Assembly (NCBI GenBank): GCA_965249485.1
Contig: OZ252239.1
Span: 1,632,001-1,696,000, forward strand
Origin: a bacterium
Lineage (GTDB): Bacteria > SM23-31
DNA: 64,000 nt
Reading direction: 5' to 3'
The stretch's first letter is position 1. Each line of letters opens with the position of its first letter. Shown here in pieces: positions 1-12,050 of the stretch. Both the position numbers and the translations under genes were made by a program. The notes below the pieces were generated by a model, which worked only from the letters and a program-made list of their open reading frames with translations, made no database searches and was not told the DNA's origin.

Positions 1-375
1 TTTGCACAGCAGGAGCAGGACGTACTTATCGGCGTAACGGAAGCGCGTTCAAGAGTGGGACAGGCGCAGACACCACCGGAGCAGATGGAAGCGAACAATC
101 AGCTTACCTCGGCACTCGGCAGGCTGATGGTTGTTGTTGAGCGGTATCCCGACCTAAAATCGAATCAAAATTTTATCAGGCTGCAGGATGAACTTGCCGG
201 TACAGAAAACAGAATTGCCGTGGAGCGCCGTCGCTATAACGAATCGATCGGTGGATACAATTCACGACTGCGCAGTTTCCCGACCGTCCTCATTGCCGGA
301 ATGTTTGGTTTTGCAACCAAGACCCGGTTCGAAGCCGCCGCCGGTGCGGAAGATGTCCCACAGGTCGAGTTTTAA
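1..375 (+). CDS. lemA: LemA family protein (5'-truncated by window edge)
   Basis: VERYPDLKSNQNF..LQDELAGTENRIAVERRRYN..FP motif typical of LemA; the frame is open from base 1. Confidence 0.93.
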   Translation, partial: FAQQEQDVLIGVTEARSRVGQAQTPPEQMEANNQLTSALGRLMVVVERYPDLKSNQNFIRLQDELAGTENRIAVERRRYNESIGGYNSRLRSFPTVLIAGMFGFATKTRFEAAAGAEDVPQVEF

Positions 376-624
376 GGATTATATCTTTGCGAATACAGCG
401 AGATAGAAGGTGGATACATAAAAATCGTTCAGGAAATCTGATTTGATTATTGATAGGAATGCTTACAAAAAACTTTTGCCGCACATGGAAAGCCTTCCAC
501 AAGCCGCATTAGCAAAGATGCTGGAACAGGGATGGGTCAGCTCTCCTGAACTCGAATTAATTGGCTAATGTGGTGCTGTGCAGAAATGACAATCTCTATT
601 GATCAAAACTGCTTTAAAAATTAC

Positions 625-2085
625 TTAATGGATCAGCAGGATTTTTTCATTCGGTGGATGGAGAAACTCAACACCGCGGCTGCTGACAATGTGATTGCCT
701 TCGATATTCAGGGAAATCGGGAAACCCGGTCGCTGAGGAAGATTCACATGTACCATATATTCAAATGAGAAGAAATGATTCTCATCGATCATCAGATGGT
801 CGCGGTCTGACCGGAATGGAGCAATCGAAGGCCCGACCGTTACGAGACTTCCGCCATTATTACCCTGGCTGTGCAGATCGATGGAGATTCCCGGCTTATC
901 GGTATTGGCAAGCACTCTCTGAATCATTGTGTAATCTTCTGTGCCTATGTCGATAAACGGTGTGTAAATATAGCCTTCACGCTCGACATCGGCAACGATC
1001 GCTTTCAGTGTTTCTCCGGCGATTCTGCCGACTCTGACATTTCTCCGAATGATCGCCTGTGCTGCCATCGCTGTGTCATAGGCATATTGTATGCTTTCGG
1101 GAACAGTTGTTTCACCTTCACGCACAATATAAGCATTCCTCTTATAATCTGTCGAAAAGTAATCAAGATACCGTACGCCGTTATCAAACGTCATAAAATC
1201 ACCGCGCTGTAGAACATAACCGGGATGATGAATCCACCACCGCACATCCGGTGGATCGATAGGTTCCGATACTTCCGAATAGAGAATCCGGGGGATACCT
1301 GCACCCGTGCTGTATCCATTAGTCAGGTCGCGCATATGAAACTGCTCCTTGACCCACCAGCCGACATCTTCCAAGGTCGTTACTCCCGGTGTAATAACTT
1401 CATTCGACAATGAGCGTTCAAGAATCTGGCGGTGAATTTCCAACGCATTCGTAAGGCCGGAAACTTCTCTGAGAATCCGGCGTGCCCTGAAGGATGTGAT
1501 CACATTCTCGGCAGACACAATGCGTGAAGAGTATTTCTGCCCGAGGATTTTCTCCAGTTTCACATATTGGGAATGTGAAATGCCATCGGCAATCGCAAGC
1601 CAATCAGATGTATTGACAGCGATTCTTTTAGGATCACGCCTCGCAACATACTCGGATATCTCATTATAAATGGAAAAATCCTGGTTGTTATAGTTATACC
1701 CTTCAATTGCCAATGAGAGTTGGTCGGAGCCGCGTACATCAATATTTTCAACTGCTCCGCCACCGCCGAATACAGCCCGTTCGATCCTGTCTCCCAGATC
1801 GGTGAAAATCAAATAACCGGATGTCGATCCGAAGTGTTGAGCCAACGGATCAGGGTCTCCGGCTCGCGTAACGTGTATCCACATGTCTACATTGTTATCG
1901 CGCATTGCGTCCGGTAAAATGAGATCAAGTTTCTCGTTTCGTATTAAACGCATGACCTCTGCGCCGGTCTTTGCATTATGTACACCCGGCTGTGCATAGA
2001 CGTCGGATATAATGAACATTATCGACATCAAAAAGATAAGTACTCGAAACATCGTAACGACTCCTCTCATGAATTGTTGGTGCAT
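625..2085 (-). CDS. Secreted M24 (Xaa-Pro aminopeptidase-like) peptidase, paralog 1
   Basis: Signal peptide ending VYA-Q; pita-bread metal ligands FDNG..TDYKR, DLHSQG, FSFEY, NIEGN; true start probably MFRVLIF. Confidence 0.82.
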   Translation of the reverse strand: MHQQFMRGVVTMFRVLIFLMSIMFIISDVYAQPGVHNAKTGAEVMRLIRNEKLDLILPDAMRDNNVDMWIHVTRAGDPDPLAQHFGSTSGYLIFTDLGDRIERAVFGGGGAVENIDVRGSDQLSLAIEGYNYNNQDFSIYNEISEYVARRDPKRIAVNTSDWLAIADGISHSQYVKLEKILGQKYSSRIVSAENVITSFRARRILREVSGLTNALEIHRQILERSLSNEVITPGVTTLEDVGWWVKEQFHMRDLTNGYSTGAGIPRILYSEVSEPIDPPDVRWWIHHPGYVLQRGDFMTFDNGVRYLDYFSTDYKRNAYIVREGETTVPESIQYAYDTAMAAQAIIRRNVRVGRIAGETLKAIVADVEREGYIYTPFIDIGTEDYTMIQRVLANTDKPGISIDLHSQGNNGGSLVTVGPSIAPFRSDRDHLMIDENHFFSFEYMVHVNLPQRPGFPISLNIEGNHIVSSRGVEFLHPPNEKILLIH

Positions 2086-2430
2086 AAAATTTATGATTCT
2101 CCCCCTGTTGAAAAGTACATTTAATATGGAATAGTGTCAAGCTCAATACACATTCATCGGTGCATAGAAGTTGAAAATAAACGGATATGGAGTAAGCGAT
2201 AAAAAACCTGATACATGCGGAACGTTTATTTTCGTTGTGTTTCCGGTTTTTCCAATTTGAAGGAGGGGCATTTGAATATGAGTTATATGTTATTCTGCTC
2301 CTCGGGCTGTACAATTCAGTGAAAGATGACGTCGAGCAGCCCTGAAAGAATGTGCAACCGCGCTAAATAAAAGGGCAAGGCGCCATGCACGTGTAACGGC
2401 CATTACACCTGTTACTTCAAAATAGGGCTC

Positions 2431-3798
2431 TTATCGAATGAGGAGTACCCGGTCTTGTGGCGGGTACAACCATTCAAGACCATGTTCCGTTACCAATACG
2501 TTTTCTTCGATGGCGACAGGGATCTTTTTTCCGTTCCATTCGTCTGCAGGTCTGTAAACTCTAAATTCCAGGGAAATGATGGCATTGGGTCTAACTTCGT
2601 ATTCGGTCAGTTCAGGGGACCACTCGGCAAGCCCGGCCGTCACATCGTGGGCGACACTACTCATTCCATGCAATCCGACATTTACCTCAATTCCAGGTAC
2701 ATCACTTGGGCGTTCTACATCTGTGTAAACGTAGCCGGCATCTCGAAGGTGCTGTTTAAGTTCATCTAATTGCTCCCTGCCGGTTCTCCCCGAACGAACG
2801 TTTTTCCGAATGATTTCGCGTACTTTCTTTGTTTCTTCAAATGCCATAATGACACCGGGAGGTGCTGTGAGTTCCCCCTCTCTGAGGACGTAAGCAAAAC
2901 GCTTGATATCAGTCGAGAAATTGTTGCGATTTAGTCCCCAATCGATCCACAGTATATCTCCTCCCTGGATGACACGTTCCATTCTTTTCTCACTGCTCAT
3001 GGATTGATAGCCCTGGAATTCAGGTTCTGGGAATACTGCCCCTGGAAACCAGGTTCTGCGCAAACCCATAGCTTTACGGTGCTCCTCTAACCACCGCATT
3101 ACATCGAAGTAGGTCGTTTTACCGGGTGTGATAACTTCGTTGGATAAGGCACGTTCAATTCCCCTTCGTGTGATGTCACCAACCTTGGAGAATTCGATGA
3201 TTTCGCTGGCAACGTGCTCGCCGTGAAAATCGGCAATAAGACGCTGAGCGGATACGAAGCGTTTAGCATATTTCTCGCCCAATTCCTCCTCGAGGAACTT
3301 GAAATCCTTGTGGGAGAGACCGTCTGCGTTATGAACTCCTTCCCCTCTGATTGGAGGATCGAGGAAATTCAAGGCAATTCTTTTCGGGTCACGGTCCTCG
3401 ACTATAGACCGGAGATCAGATCCTCCCTCGATCTCGTCGTAGGCACCGCATATATCAGCCATTTCAGAACTACCGGGGCCACCGAGTGAATACCTCTCGA
3501 TGCGGTCACCCCCACCATCGTAGAAGACGTAAATTCCATGACCATAAGCGGTCTCTATACCGAAATCGAGTATCATAGGATCAGTACCACGGCCGCGATC
3601 GATGACGATCCACATATCGATGTTATTACGACGCATTGCTTTGGGAAGCACGTAATCGAACTTGTCTTTGCGAATCATGCAGGTAATTTCCCATTCGGAC
3701 TGCCATGAAGATTGAAAATTGTCGGGTGGGCGCTGCGCAACAGTGTCAGATACCATGAGAATCACAACAAATAATAAAATCACAATTCGAGATAACAT
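2431..3798 (-). CDS. Secreted M24 peptidase, paralog 2
   Basis: Signal peptide; WIDWG..TDIKRFAYVLREGE, GLHGM, SLEF, AIEEN; RBS GAGGAG upstream. Confidence 0.82.
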   Translation of the reverse strand: MLSRIVILLFVVILMVSDTVAQRPPDNFQSSWQSEWEITCMIRKDKFDYVLPKAMRRNNIDMWIVIDRGRGTDPMILDFGIETAYGHGIYVFYDGGGDRIERYSLGGPGSSEMADICGAYDEIEGGSDLRSIVEDRDPKRIALNFLDPPIRGEGVHNADGLSHKDFKFLEEELGEKYAKRFVSAQRLIADFHGEHVASEIIEFSKVGDITRRGIERALSNEVITPGKTTYFDVMRWLEEHRKAMGLRRTWFPGAVFPEPEFQGYQSMSSEKRMERVIQGGDILWIDWGLNRNNFSTDIKRFAYVLREGELTAPPGVIMAFEETKKVREIIRKNVRSGRTGREQLDELKQHLRDAGYVYTDVERPSDVPGIEVNVGLHGMSSVAHDVTAGLAEWSPELTEYEVRPNAIISLEFRVYRPADEWNGKKIPVAIEENVLVTEHGLEWLYPPQDRVLLIR

Positions 3799-4500
3799 AA
3801 TGTTCTCCTCATTTGATTAACTGGTGGTTTAATATTAAGGTTTTTGATACAGTAGCAATGATACATGTTATATAGAAAGTTGTCAAGTTGAATTATGCGG
3901 ACAGTAAGAAAATCACATGGTACTCTTGTCGTATGTGAAGGTATTGCGGTGGAATATAGCCTGTTTTTGAGGAAGCCTAAATATGTAGTATTTTAAAAAC
4001 GTGAGTTGGTTCGTGTATGACATTTTGCGAATCTTAGAGATAGATATAAACTGCAGCTATTTAAGAAAATAGTGTGGATCCTACTATTCAAGTCTATTCC
4101 AGTAAAGGTGAAAAAATTTTGTTAAGGAAGGAAAGAATCAAACAACAAACGATGAAGGTAAGGTTTGCCCAAAACCTCAAAAAAGCGGCGAGAAAAAATG
4201 ACTTGGGTAATCAAAAACTATCTCTTGGTTTTAAATCTAGTATGTCTAACGTGTTCTGAGGAAGTACAGATGAGGAAAGTTCAGTTAATTCTTTCTATTA
4301 ATATAGAAACTAAATAATTCTGAACAGGTTGTATCTGTGACATGTATGGAGACATGTAATTTACTTTGAAAATTTGTGTCAAACTAAAATTGCTTGAATC
4401 GTCCTTATTATTAGATTATACAATCTCAATCATATTTTTTGTAATTGTCTCTGTAAGTTTCTTATAAACATTTACAATACTAATATGAATTCAATATGAA

Positions 4501-5768
4501 TTAGAGTTGAGCTACTTTATCATGAAGAATATTATGGACAAGATTAATAAGTTCTTCAAAATTCCATGGCTTTACAATAATCCAATTTTCTCCTAAATTA
4601 ATCATTTGCTTAACTTTAGTATCATCAAGAGAACTGCCGGTAATTACAACAGTCTTTATTGATGGTTGTATGCTTTTAAGTTGAAAATATGTGTCTATAC
4701 CTGCCATATCTGGTAGTGTGAGGTCTAACAGCACCAGGTCAATTTTGCCTTTCCTTCTTTTGCAAGTATTTATTGCTTCGGCACCATTGAGCGCTGTGAA
4801 AACAGTATAACCTAATCGCTCAAATTGTATTTTTGTTGTTTCTATTATGTCTATCTCATCATCAATAAGAAGAATCGATTCACCACTTCCAAATAAGATG
4901 CTCCCCATCTCTTTATTGTTTTTCACAATTTCTTTTGTTGTTACAGGAAAATATAAATCGAACGTTGTACCCTCACCGGGTTGACTGTATACCACATAAT
5001 ATCACCTTTATGATTTTTTATTATATGTTGGGTCATATAAAGTCCTAAGCCGGTACCTCTTCCATCTTTCTTCGTAGTATAAAATGGTTTAAAGATTTTC
5101 TCTTTAACATTTATTTCCATCCCAAAACCACTATCTTTAACTGAAACTTTAACATAGTCACCCTGCTTAGTCTTAGAATTAAGCTCACTATGTTTTTTTA
5201 TGAAATGCCGGCTTAAAAACACATTTTTGGTAGATATAGTTAGGTTTCCTCCATCAGGCATTGAGTCTTTAGCATTGATAATAATGTTCGTCAGCACTTG
5301 ATAAATCTTTTTCCTATCCACTTCGATATTTTTTATTGGAATCTCAAGATTGTATAATACTTGAATCTTTTTTTCAAACACAGGTTCACACAATTTGATA
5401 ATTTGTTGAATAAGGTCATTGATATCAAGAGGTTCTAACAAATAATCACTATCCTTAGTAAAGTTAATTATTTGGTGACTTAAATCAGCAGCCCTTTCAA
5501 CATTTATATTTATTTTATTTGCTAAATTGGACACATGAGGATTTTCCCCATAATCTGATTTTAAAATATCAATATGTCCTTTAATGCTACCCAAGACATT
5601 ATTAAAATCGTGAACTATTCCTCCAGATAGCCTAATAAATGATTCCATCTTTTGAGCTTGGAACAAATGTTCCAGAATTTTATTATTATCTGCAGATCGC
5701 TTAATCAAAATATTCTCTAATTCATCTTTATTTATTCGTTGAATAGTCATTTTTTTTCGAAATGACAT
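4501..5768 (-). CDS. Hybrid histidine kinase (HisKA-HATPase-REC), frameshifted near 4995
   Basis: H-box IVHDFNN, N-box NIIINAKD, GTGLGL. ORF 4941-5768 ends HKGDI and continues as VYSQPGEGTTF plus a receiver domain in ORF 4501-4995. Confidence 0.85.
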
Positions 5769-5779
5769 CTCATTAATCC

Positions 5780-6310
5780 TTAATTTATGGGTGTATATCC
5801 TTTACAAAGGAGTTCTACAGCTCTTTCAACTACAGCTTGCATATTTGGCTTTTCTATGAAACCATGAAATCCTCTCGCAAATGTTTTCTCCATTTCAATA
5901 ATTTTAGAATGATACTCGGGATTTTTTAACATAGCTGAGTATATTACAAAATATGGATCACCAAATGGATTACCATTTTTTGAGCCTGCTTCCCTTATGT
6001 ATTTTACAACGTCGAGTCCTTCTGAACCTTCTAAATTCAAATCGACCACTACAAAATCAACTATACCTCTTCCAAAACCAAGGTAACCTATACCTGCACT
6101 AGTAAAAGATTTGATCATTACAGTATATTGCCGATCTGAACCCGCATTTTCTAATTCTTTGTTTATTTGACTAAACTTGCGGGTAATAGCTGCTTTCATT
6201 GAACTGCTTATATCTTCTTCATCCTCTATGATCACAATATTTTTAATCTCTTTTTCTTGAATTACAATATTTTCAATCTCTTTCATTGTATGTCTCCTTT
6301 CGTTTCCCAT
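5780..6310 (-). CDS. Single-domain response regulator (receiver)
   Basis: IVIIEDE, VVVDLNL..EGLDV, IYSA, FIEKP receiver motifs. Confidence 0.8.
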   Translation of the reverse strand: MGNERRHTMKEIENIVIQEKEIKNIVIIEDEEDISSSMKAAITRKFSQINKELENAGSDRQYTVMIKSFTSAGIGYLGFGRGIVDFVVVDLNLEGSEGLDVVKYIREAGSKNGNPFGDPYFVIYSAMLKNPEYHSKIIEMEKTFARGFHGFIEKPNMQAVVERAVELLCKGYTPIN

Positions 6311-7694
6311 TTTTTGGTATACGGACTTCTAAAGTTGTTCCTCTCGATTTACCGGGGTATTCCTTTGAAGCTATTTTTTCATCTGTGAAAGTTTCAATAA
6401 TCTCAACTTGACCTTTATGATAATCTGTAATGTACTTATGAGCAAGGCTTGCTCCTATCCCACCATAAACTTCTCTTCCATTAGTAAACAATGGTACATA
6501 TACATGTGGCAGTGTCTCATCAGAAATACCTACTCCAGTATCATGTATTTGAACTATTACCCATAAAGAATCTGACTTCATGGAAATTTTTATCTCCCCC
6601 TTATCAGGTATTGCTTTTATACTATTGTCAATAATATGAAAAAACGCGTCTTCTAAGAACATTTCATAACAAGGAATTTCCAAAGATGAGTCATATTGTT
6701 TAATTATTTTAATGTTTTTAAGATTTCCGTTTGAAATTTTTTCTAAGCTGGCATCAATTATTTTCTCCAATCTCATCTCTATTTTGGGTGCTTCAAATGA
6801 TTTATTTGTGATGGTTTTCAACACTACAGCATATTTGTTTAATCTAGCAATCAAAGATTCTAATCTTTCAGTAATTTCGGCGATCTTTTTTATAACCGGT
6901 TCTAACTTATTTTCTATAGCCGATACAATTTCTTCACTATTCAAATCATTTGAAACTATTTCATTTTTTAGGTTTTCAATGGTATCCAATTCATCTTCGC
7001 ACACCCAACCTATTTGGTTTATCCTCCCAGTCAGTCCAGCTATAATATTTCTAAACGGATGATATATTGATTTTGCGCCTATCACGGAGCCGCGAAGGAT
7101 AGCATTCGATTCTCTCTCTAGGCTCAGTTTTTTTTGTGTAGAATAATAGCGGCGTTCTATTTCCGCAAACTTATCAAAATGTGAATCTGCCGCTTCCATT
7201 AACTTCGCGATCAAATCACGTTTTCTAATGGTTTCTCTAAAGCGAATAGTAAAATCAGTATCTTCCCATGGTTTTTGGATATAATTATCAATTGGGAGGT
7301 TTGCCTGTTCTGCTGCTTTTTTCATGATTCCATCATCTTCAGCTGTAATACCCCAAATAATAGGTTTTACTGGAGAATCTTTATACAACTGTGATATCTT
7401 TTCGATAAGTTCAACTCCAGTCATTTCGGGCATTCTTTGATCAACCAGAATTGCATCAAACTCTGTGGCTTTTACTTTTTTCAATGCTTCATTACCGCTA
7501 TAGGCAACCTCAATGTCATATTCACCAATAACTTCAAGAGAATCCCTAAGAGAATCCCTTAAAGAATCAGCAACAGAAAAGTCATCATCTACCACTAATG
7601 TTTTTTTCTTGTCCATAATACACACCTTTGTTTGAATTCTAATTAATCGCTTTTTCTTCGATTGAACAAATGTTATCAAATTTGTCGAAATCAA
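6273..7694 (-). CDS. REC-histidine kinase hybrid with atypical H-box
   Basis: LVVDDD..DQRMPEMTG..QKPW receiver; IYHPFRN H-box-like; IIDNSIKA, DTGVGI HATPase; probable start MDKKK. Confidence 0.8.
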   Translation of the reverse strand: MISTNLITFVQSKKKRLIRIQTKVCIMDKKKTLVVDDDFSVADSLRDSLRDSLEVIGEYDIEVAYSGNEALKKVKATEFDAILVDQRMPEMTGVELIEKISQLYKDSPVKPIIWGITAEDDGIMKKAAEQANLPIDNYIQKPWEDTDFTIRFRETIRKRDLIAKLMEAADSHFDKFAEIERRYYSTQKKLSLERESNAILRGSVIGAKSIYHPFRNIIAGLTGRINQIGWVCEDELDTIENLKNEIVSNDLNSEEIVSAIENKLEPVIKKIAEITERLESLIARLNKYAVVLKTITNKSFEAPKIEMRLEKIIDASLEKISNGNLKNIKIIKQYDSSLEIPCYEMFLEDAFFHIIDNSIKAIPDKGEIKISMKSDSLWVIVQIHDTGVGISDETLPHVYVPLFTNGREVYGGIGASLAHKYITDYHKGQVEIIETFTDEKIASKEYPGKSRGTTLEVRIPKNGKRKETYNERD

Positions 7695-9780
7695 GCACTA
7701 TAAGAGGAATATTGTTAAATAAGGAGTAACCAAAAATGTCAATAGCGTTGTTTTCTTGTTTCAATTTTTTAGTATACCTGTCTTGTCTCTCAATCCGAAG
7801 AATTTTGTGACCAAATATTTTAGGAACAGCTAAACCATAACTTATTTGAGTTGCATCCCAAATCTCAATAAGAGTTTTCAGCTCATTGTGTTCATGTCCT
7901 AATAGGCCAAAGACATCGATCATTGGATACACGTTCCCATTATTTTTGTACATATAACTTTCATCCGGTAGGATTGTAATCATGCTTTCATCGTATCGGA
8001 TATAGTTTATTTTTGAAGGTTGGTGGATAGCGTAGATTACATTATCATCTCCAAAAATGACACACTCCGAAAGAGTAGTTGATTTTGGAATTTCAAGAAT
8101 AATTTTAGTGCCTTCATTCTTATTTGATTCCAGACGCACATACCCGTTAAGTTTTTTTTCTATACTATCAAGCACTACGTCCATCCCAACACCCCTTCCA
8201 GAAATATCACTTACTGACTCTTTTGATGAAAAACCCGGCTTGAAAATGAGTTTTTGTTTGTTTTCTTTGTTCATTGATTGTAATTCATCTGTCGAAATGA
8301 TATTATTTTTTAGTGCAATCTCTGAAACTTTATTCTCATCAATACCATTGCCATCATCTTGAAGTACAATATAAATATTCTTATTATCCTCAAACACTTC
8401 GAGAGATATAGTTCCGCGTGGAGATTTTCCAAGCTGTTCTCTTACCATAGGATCTTCAATACCATGGTCAACAGCATTCCTAACCATATGTACGAGTGCA
8501 GTATGACATGTGTCCCAAACATCAGGACGCGCAGAAGCATTATTTTTTATAATAGTGAACTCTATCTCTTTGTGGAGGGATCTTTCCATATCCTTAACCA
8601 TCCTGCTATATCGTGATAAATCAATGAGCGATTGGGAAGCAGAAATGATCTCGTTAAAATAATCTACACTGGCTGTATAGACGTTCACGTCTTCAATATT
8701 GTATTCTCGCATTATTCTAAAAAACTGCTGACTTAAATCTTGATATTTATCAATGAGAGTGTCATATGTTTTTAAAGAAACTGATAGCTTCACCTCTTTT
8801 TCTCGTGCTCTTACTTTACCTATATCTCTTTTTGGAATGTCACTTAGATGAATCTGCTTTCCTTGCATTTTATCAGTCAATGATTGTTTGCATTCACCAA
8901 TGTCCTTAAGATCTTCATCGATTGAAACATTTTCATCACTTTGAGTAGTAGATATTTCCTCAAGGAATCTACCGATGATTATTGAAATCCTACTAATAAT
9001 ATCTGAAGCCTCATTATTTAAGTAAAGATCTCCTTTTGCGATATTTACCGTCAATTCTTCCAAAGTATGACAATACTTATTTAATTGAGTAAATCCGATT
9101 ATTGAAGAATTTCCTTTGAGTGTATGAACATACCGGTTTAAAGATTTAAATTGCTCAATATACTCGTTGATATCTTTACCACTCAGAAAATAAATATAAT
9201 CTGCAAGCTCTAAGTCCGGTTCATAGGAAAATGTTTGAATAGATTCTGTGCATTTTTCAATTTCCGGGAGGTATCCATTTACTTCTTCACAAAATCCCAA
9301 AACTAAATCGACACTCGCTTTCTCTAATTTTTTAATTTTTGCATCTTTTTGTTCATCTGATTTTTCAAGTTTTATCTTCTCTGCCCGATTTTCCAGATCA
9401 CTTCTCAACGCCACAGAGAACGTATCCTTTGGCCACGGTTTCTCAATAAATCTTGATATAGGCAGCTTTTTTCCTGTTTCTACTTCATAATTTTTTGCTT
9501 CATCTAAGCCGCCCTCGATCACATACGCCGAAATAATGTAGGTCAATGAATTTGGGTGAATCACTGAAAGGTGTTTTATGAATTTTGTTCCACGCATATC
9601 CGGCATATTTTGATCAACTAGATAAGCGTCGAATTCTGTATCAAGTGCATATTCAAGTCCCATTTCTCCATTTTCAACCAGAACTGGAGAATAAATTTTT
9701 TCTCTGTCGAGAGCATCTTTTAAGGAGTCTCGCACATCAGCATCATCTTCCACAACTAATATTTTGTAACCTTCAGTCAT
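7639..9780 (-). CDS. CheA-like kinase with N-terminal receiver (REC-Hpt-HATPase-degenerate CheW)
   Basis: N-terminal REC (VVEDD, DQNMP, EKPW); Hpt RYVHTLKG; CheA-specific HMVRNAVDHGIE and GFSSKESVSDISGRGVGMDVV. Confidence 0.85.
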   Translation of the reverse strand: MTEGYKILVVEDDADVRDSLKDALDREKIYSPVLVENGEMGLEYALDTEFDAYLVDQNMPDMRGTKFIKHLSVIHPNSLTYIISAYVIEGGLDEAKNYEVETGKKLPISRFIEKPWPKDTFSVALRSDLENRAEKIKLEKSDEQKDAKIKKLEKASVDLVLGFCEEVNGYLPEIEKCTESIQTFSYEPDLELADYIYFLSGKDINEYIEQFKSLNRYVHTLKGNSSIIGFTQLNKYCHTLEELTVNIAKGDLYLNNEASDIISRISIIIGRFLEEISTTQSDENVSIDEDLKDIGECKQSLTDKMQGKQIHLSDIPKRDIGKVRAREKEVKLSVSLKTYDTLIDKYQDLSQQFFRIMREYNIEDVNVYTASVDYFNEIISASQSLIDLSRYSRMVKDMERSLHKEIEFTIIKNNASARPDVWDTCHTALVHMVRNAVDHGIEDPMVREQLGKSPRGTISLEVFEDNKNIYIVLQDDGNGIDENKVSEIALKNNIISTDELQSMNKENKQKLIFKPGFSSKESVSDISGRGVGMDVVLDSIEKKLNGYVRLESNKNEGTKIILEIPKSTTLSECVIFGDDNVIYAIHQPSKINYIRYDESMITILPDESYMYKNNGNVYPMIDVFGLLGHEHNELKTLIEIWDATQISYGLAVPKIFGHKILRIERQDRYTKKLKQENNAIDIFGYSLFNNIPLIVLDFDKFDNICSIEEKAIN

Positions 9781-10978
9781 GCAGCACCCATTTTAGGAAG
9801 TTCAAGGGTAAACGTTGTACCGTGACTTTGTTTAGTTTCTTCAACAAATAATCTACCATTATGACTTTCCACAATTTTGTGACTTATTGCAAGTCCAAGT
9901 CCGGTGCCTTTTCCAACATCTTTTGTTGTGTAGAAATAATCAAATATATTCGGGATAACATCTTTCGGTATACCTATTCCAGTATCTTTGATACTTACAG
10001 ATATAAAATTATTATTCATTTCATTTGTTGAAATCGTTATCTCTCCATGATCAGATATTGCATCAATTGCATTACTCAATAAATTGAGAAATACCTGACT
10101 TATCTCGTTACCATACGTTTTTATTTTTGTGAGAGGTGTGTAGTATTTTATTATCTTTATTCTATCCTTGTATTGTTTATGAAGAATTTTGAGTTGATTG
10201 TCTAATTCCCTATTCACGTCAAAGGAACACCAACCCTCAGGCTTTCTCATTGAGTCTTTCACTGCTGTTACAATACTTGTAATCTTTATAATTGTATTTT
10301 TGTCTCTTGCTAATATCTCAAGTATTTTCTTTTGTTCTTTCGATTCCGCCAATCGAGACGCATATATCATTAACGTGTTAAGATCATTCTTAATGGCAGT
10401 TGCAGGATTATTTATTTCATGTGCTATTCCAGCAGCAAGTTTTCCTAATGCCGCAGATTTCTCAACTAAAATAAGTTCGTCTTCGAGCTTCCTATTTTCA
10501 GTCTCGAGTTTTTCCGTTGTTTAATATCTCGTAATACTCCTTCCACACCAACTGAATTTTCGCTTTCATCAAAAATGATGCGAGAATTTAGAGAAAAATC
10601 TTTCACCTCTTTTTTTTTATTGACTATCTTTAACTCATAATCATTTACTGTTAGTGATTCATTTAATATTTTTGATAATTTCTTCAGATCGGATTTATCA
10701 TGATTAAAATCTGTGATATCACGACCGATAACTTCTTCAGGTGTATAACCTGTAAAAGTTACAATAGACGGACTGACTATAGTAATTTTGCCACTTGAAT
10801 CCGTTCTAAAGTAAATATCCTGGAAAGACTCAAAAATTCTTTGATATTCTCTTTCATTTGTAATAAGAAGTTCCTCAAGATCTTGTTGATGTCGTTCTTC
10901 CAATACAAAGATTTGGTTTTCAAGCTGCTTTATTCTTGCTTGATATATCTCATTTTGGGGAGGTTTTTGGCTATTCAT
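9777..10978 (-). CDS. PAS sensor histidine kinase, frameshifted in A-run near 10512
   Basis: PAS (GYTPEEVIG). Adding one A joins it to LGKLAAGIAHEINNP and the HATPase ORF 9777-10370 (NLLSNAIDA, GTGLGL). Confidence 0.85.
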
Positions 10979-10979
10979 T

Positions 10980-11863
10980 TTAAATTAACCAACCTGATTT
11001 TTCAACTTTTTCAAATTCTTTTTTTAATTGTATTTGTATTGATGATAATGAAGCATCGCTTATGCCAAGTTTTCTCTGAATCTTTCCTATATCATTCTTG
11101 AATAAAGGAGAGAAATCACTATACCCAAAACCAAAATCATCACAGATGATTTCCGATAATTTGGTAGTATATACCAATATTTCGTACTCATTTTCTCCGT
11201 TTCCATTCATGTTATGATGATGACCAATGACACACAATAAATTTTCAGGAAAATTCCACAATTCCTTGGCAATAGTCATTCCAATTTTTTCATGAGTTGA
11301 ACCTAAATATTTGATTTCTTCTTGCGTTAGATACCCTTGTTGCTTGAACCGATTAGTAACAGCCTTTTAAATCCGTCATGAAGAAATTGATCTTCAATCA
11401 CAATTCCAATGTCATGCAATAATCCACAAAGATACGGGACACCATCACTTGATTTAAATTCGCTTGAATAAATTAATTTATTTGATAAGGCTACAGCAAC
11501 ACTATGTTTCCATAATGCAATTCGTGAATAATCTTCAATGTTCTCTCCAGTTTGGAATAAATCTGACACAACAGAGGACATTGCAATTTCTTGAGCACCA
11601 TTATAACCAACCCTAATGATGGCTGTTCTTAATTCATCAATCTTTTTTCCTAGAGGATTATAATAAGCAGAATTTGCAACTCTTAGTAATTTTGTACTTA
11701 GAACTTGATCGGATTGAAAAATATTTGCTAAATCCAATGTGCTTGATTTTGGATCATTGATTACTTTCATTATTTTTGAAATTACGTCACTTAAAGTAGA
11801 TAACTCTTTTTCTTTAAGATTATCTATTACATTCTTTAAGATTTCTTCTTCTTTATTATTCAT
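10980..11863 (-). CDS. HDOD domain signalling protein, frameshifted in A-run near 11367
   Basis: DQVLSTKLLRVANSAYY, WKHSVAVA, GLLHDIG. The shifted frame continues THEKIG..WNFP..IGHHH. Confidence 0.87.
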
Positions 11864-12050
11864 ACATTCACCCTTTTATGAGATCCAACGCTGATGCAAA
11901 AAGTTGATGATTTTTAAACACCCTGTGTAGTTTTGCTCAGCCAGTTGTGCAATATTGTACGAACCCCAATGTCCTGATTTGATATAACTGCTTTGCATAA
12001 GCATGAATCTGTTTAACTCGTCTGTTTAACGTATTCTTGCATACTATATA

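Noticed and set aside
4074..4259. 61-aa basic ORF beside the signalling cluster
   Set aside because: No recognisable domain and a weak start
11876..12004. ~42-codon ORF between the sigma54 motif and the HDOD gene
   Set aside because: No clear RBS or motif; could be chance in a 5' leader
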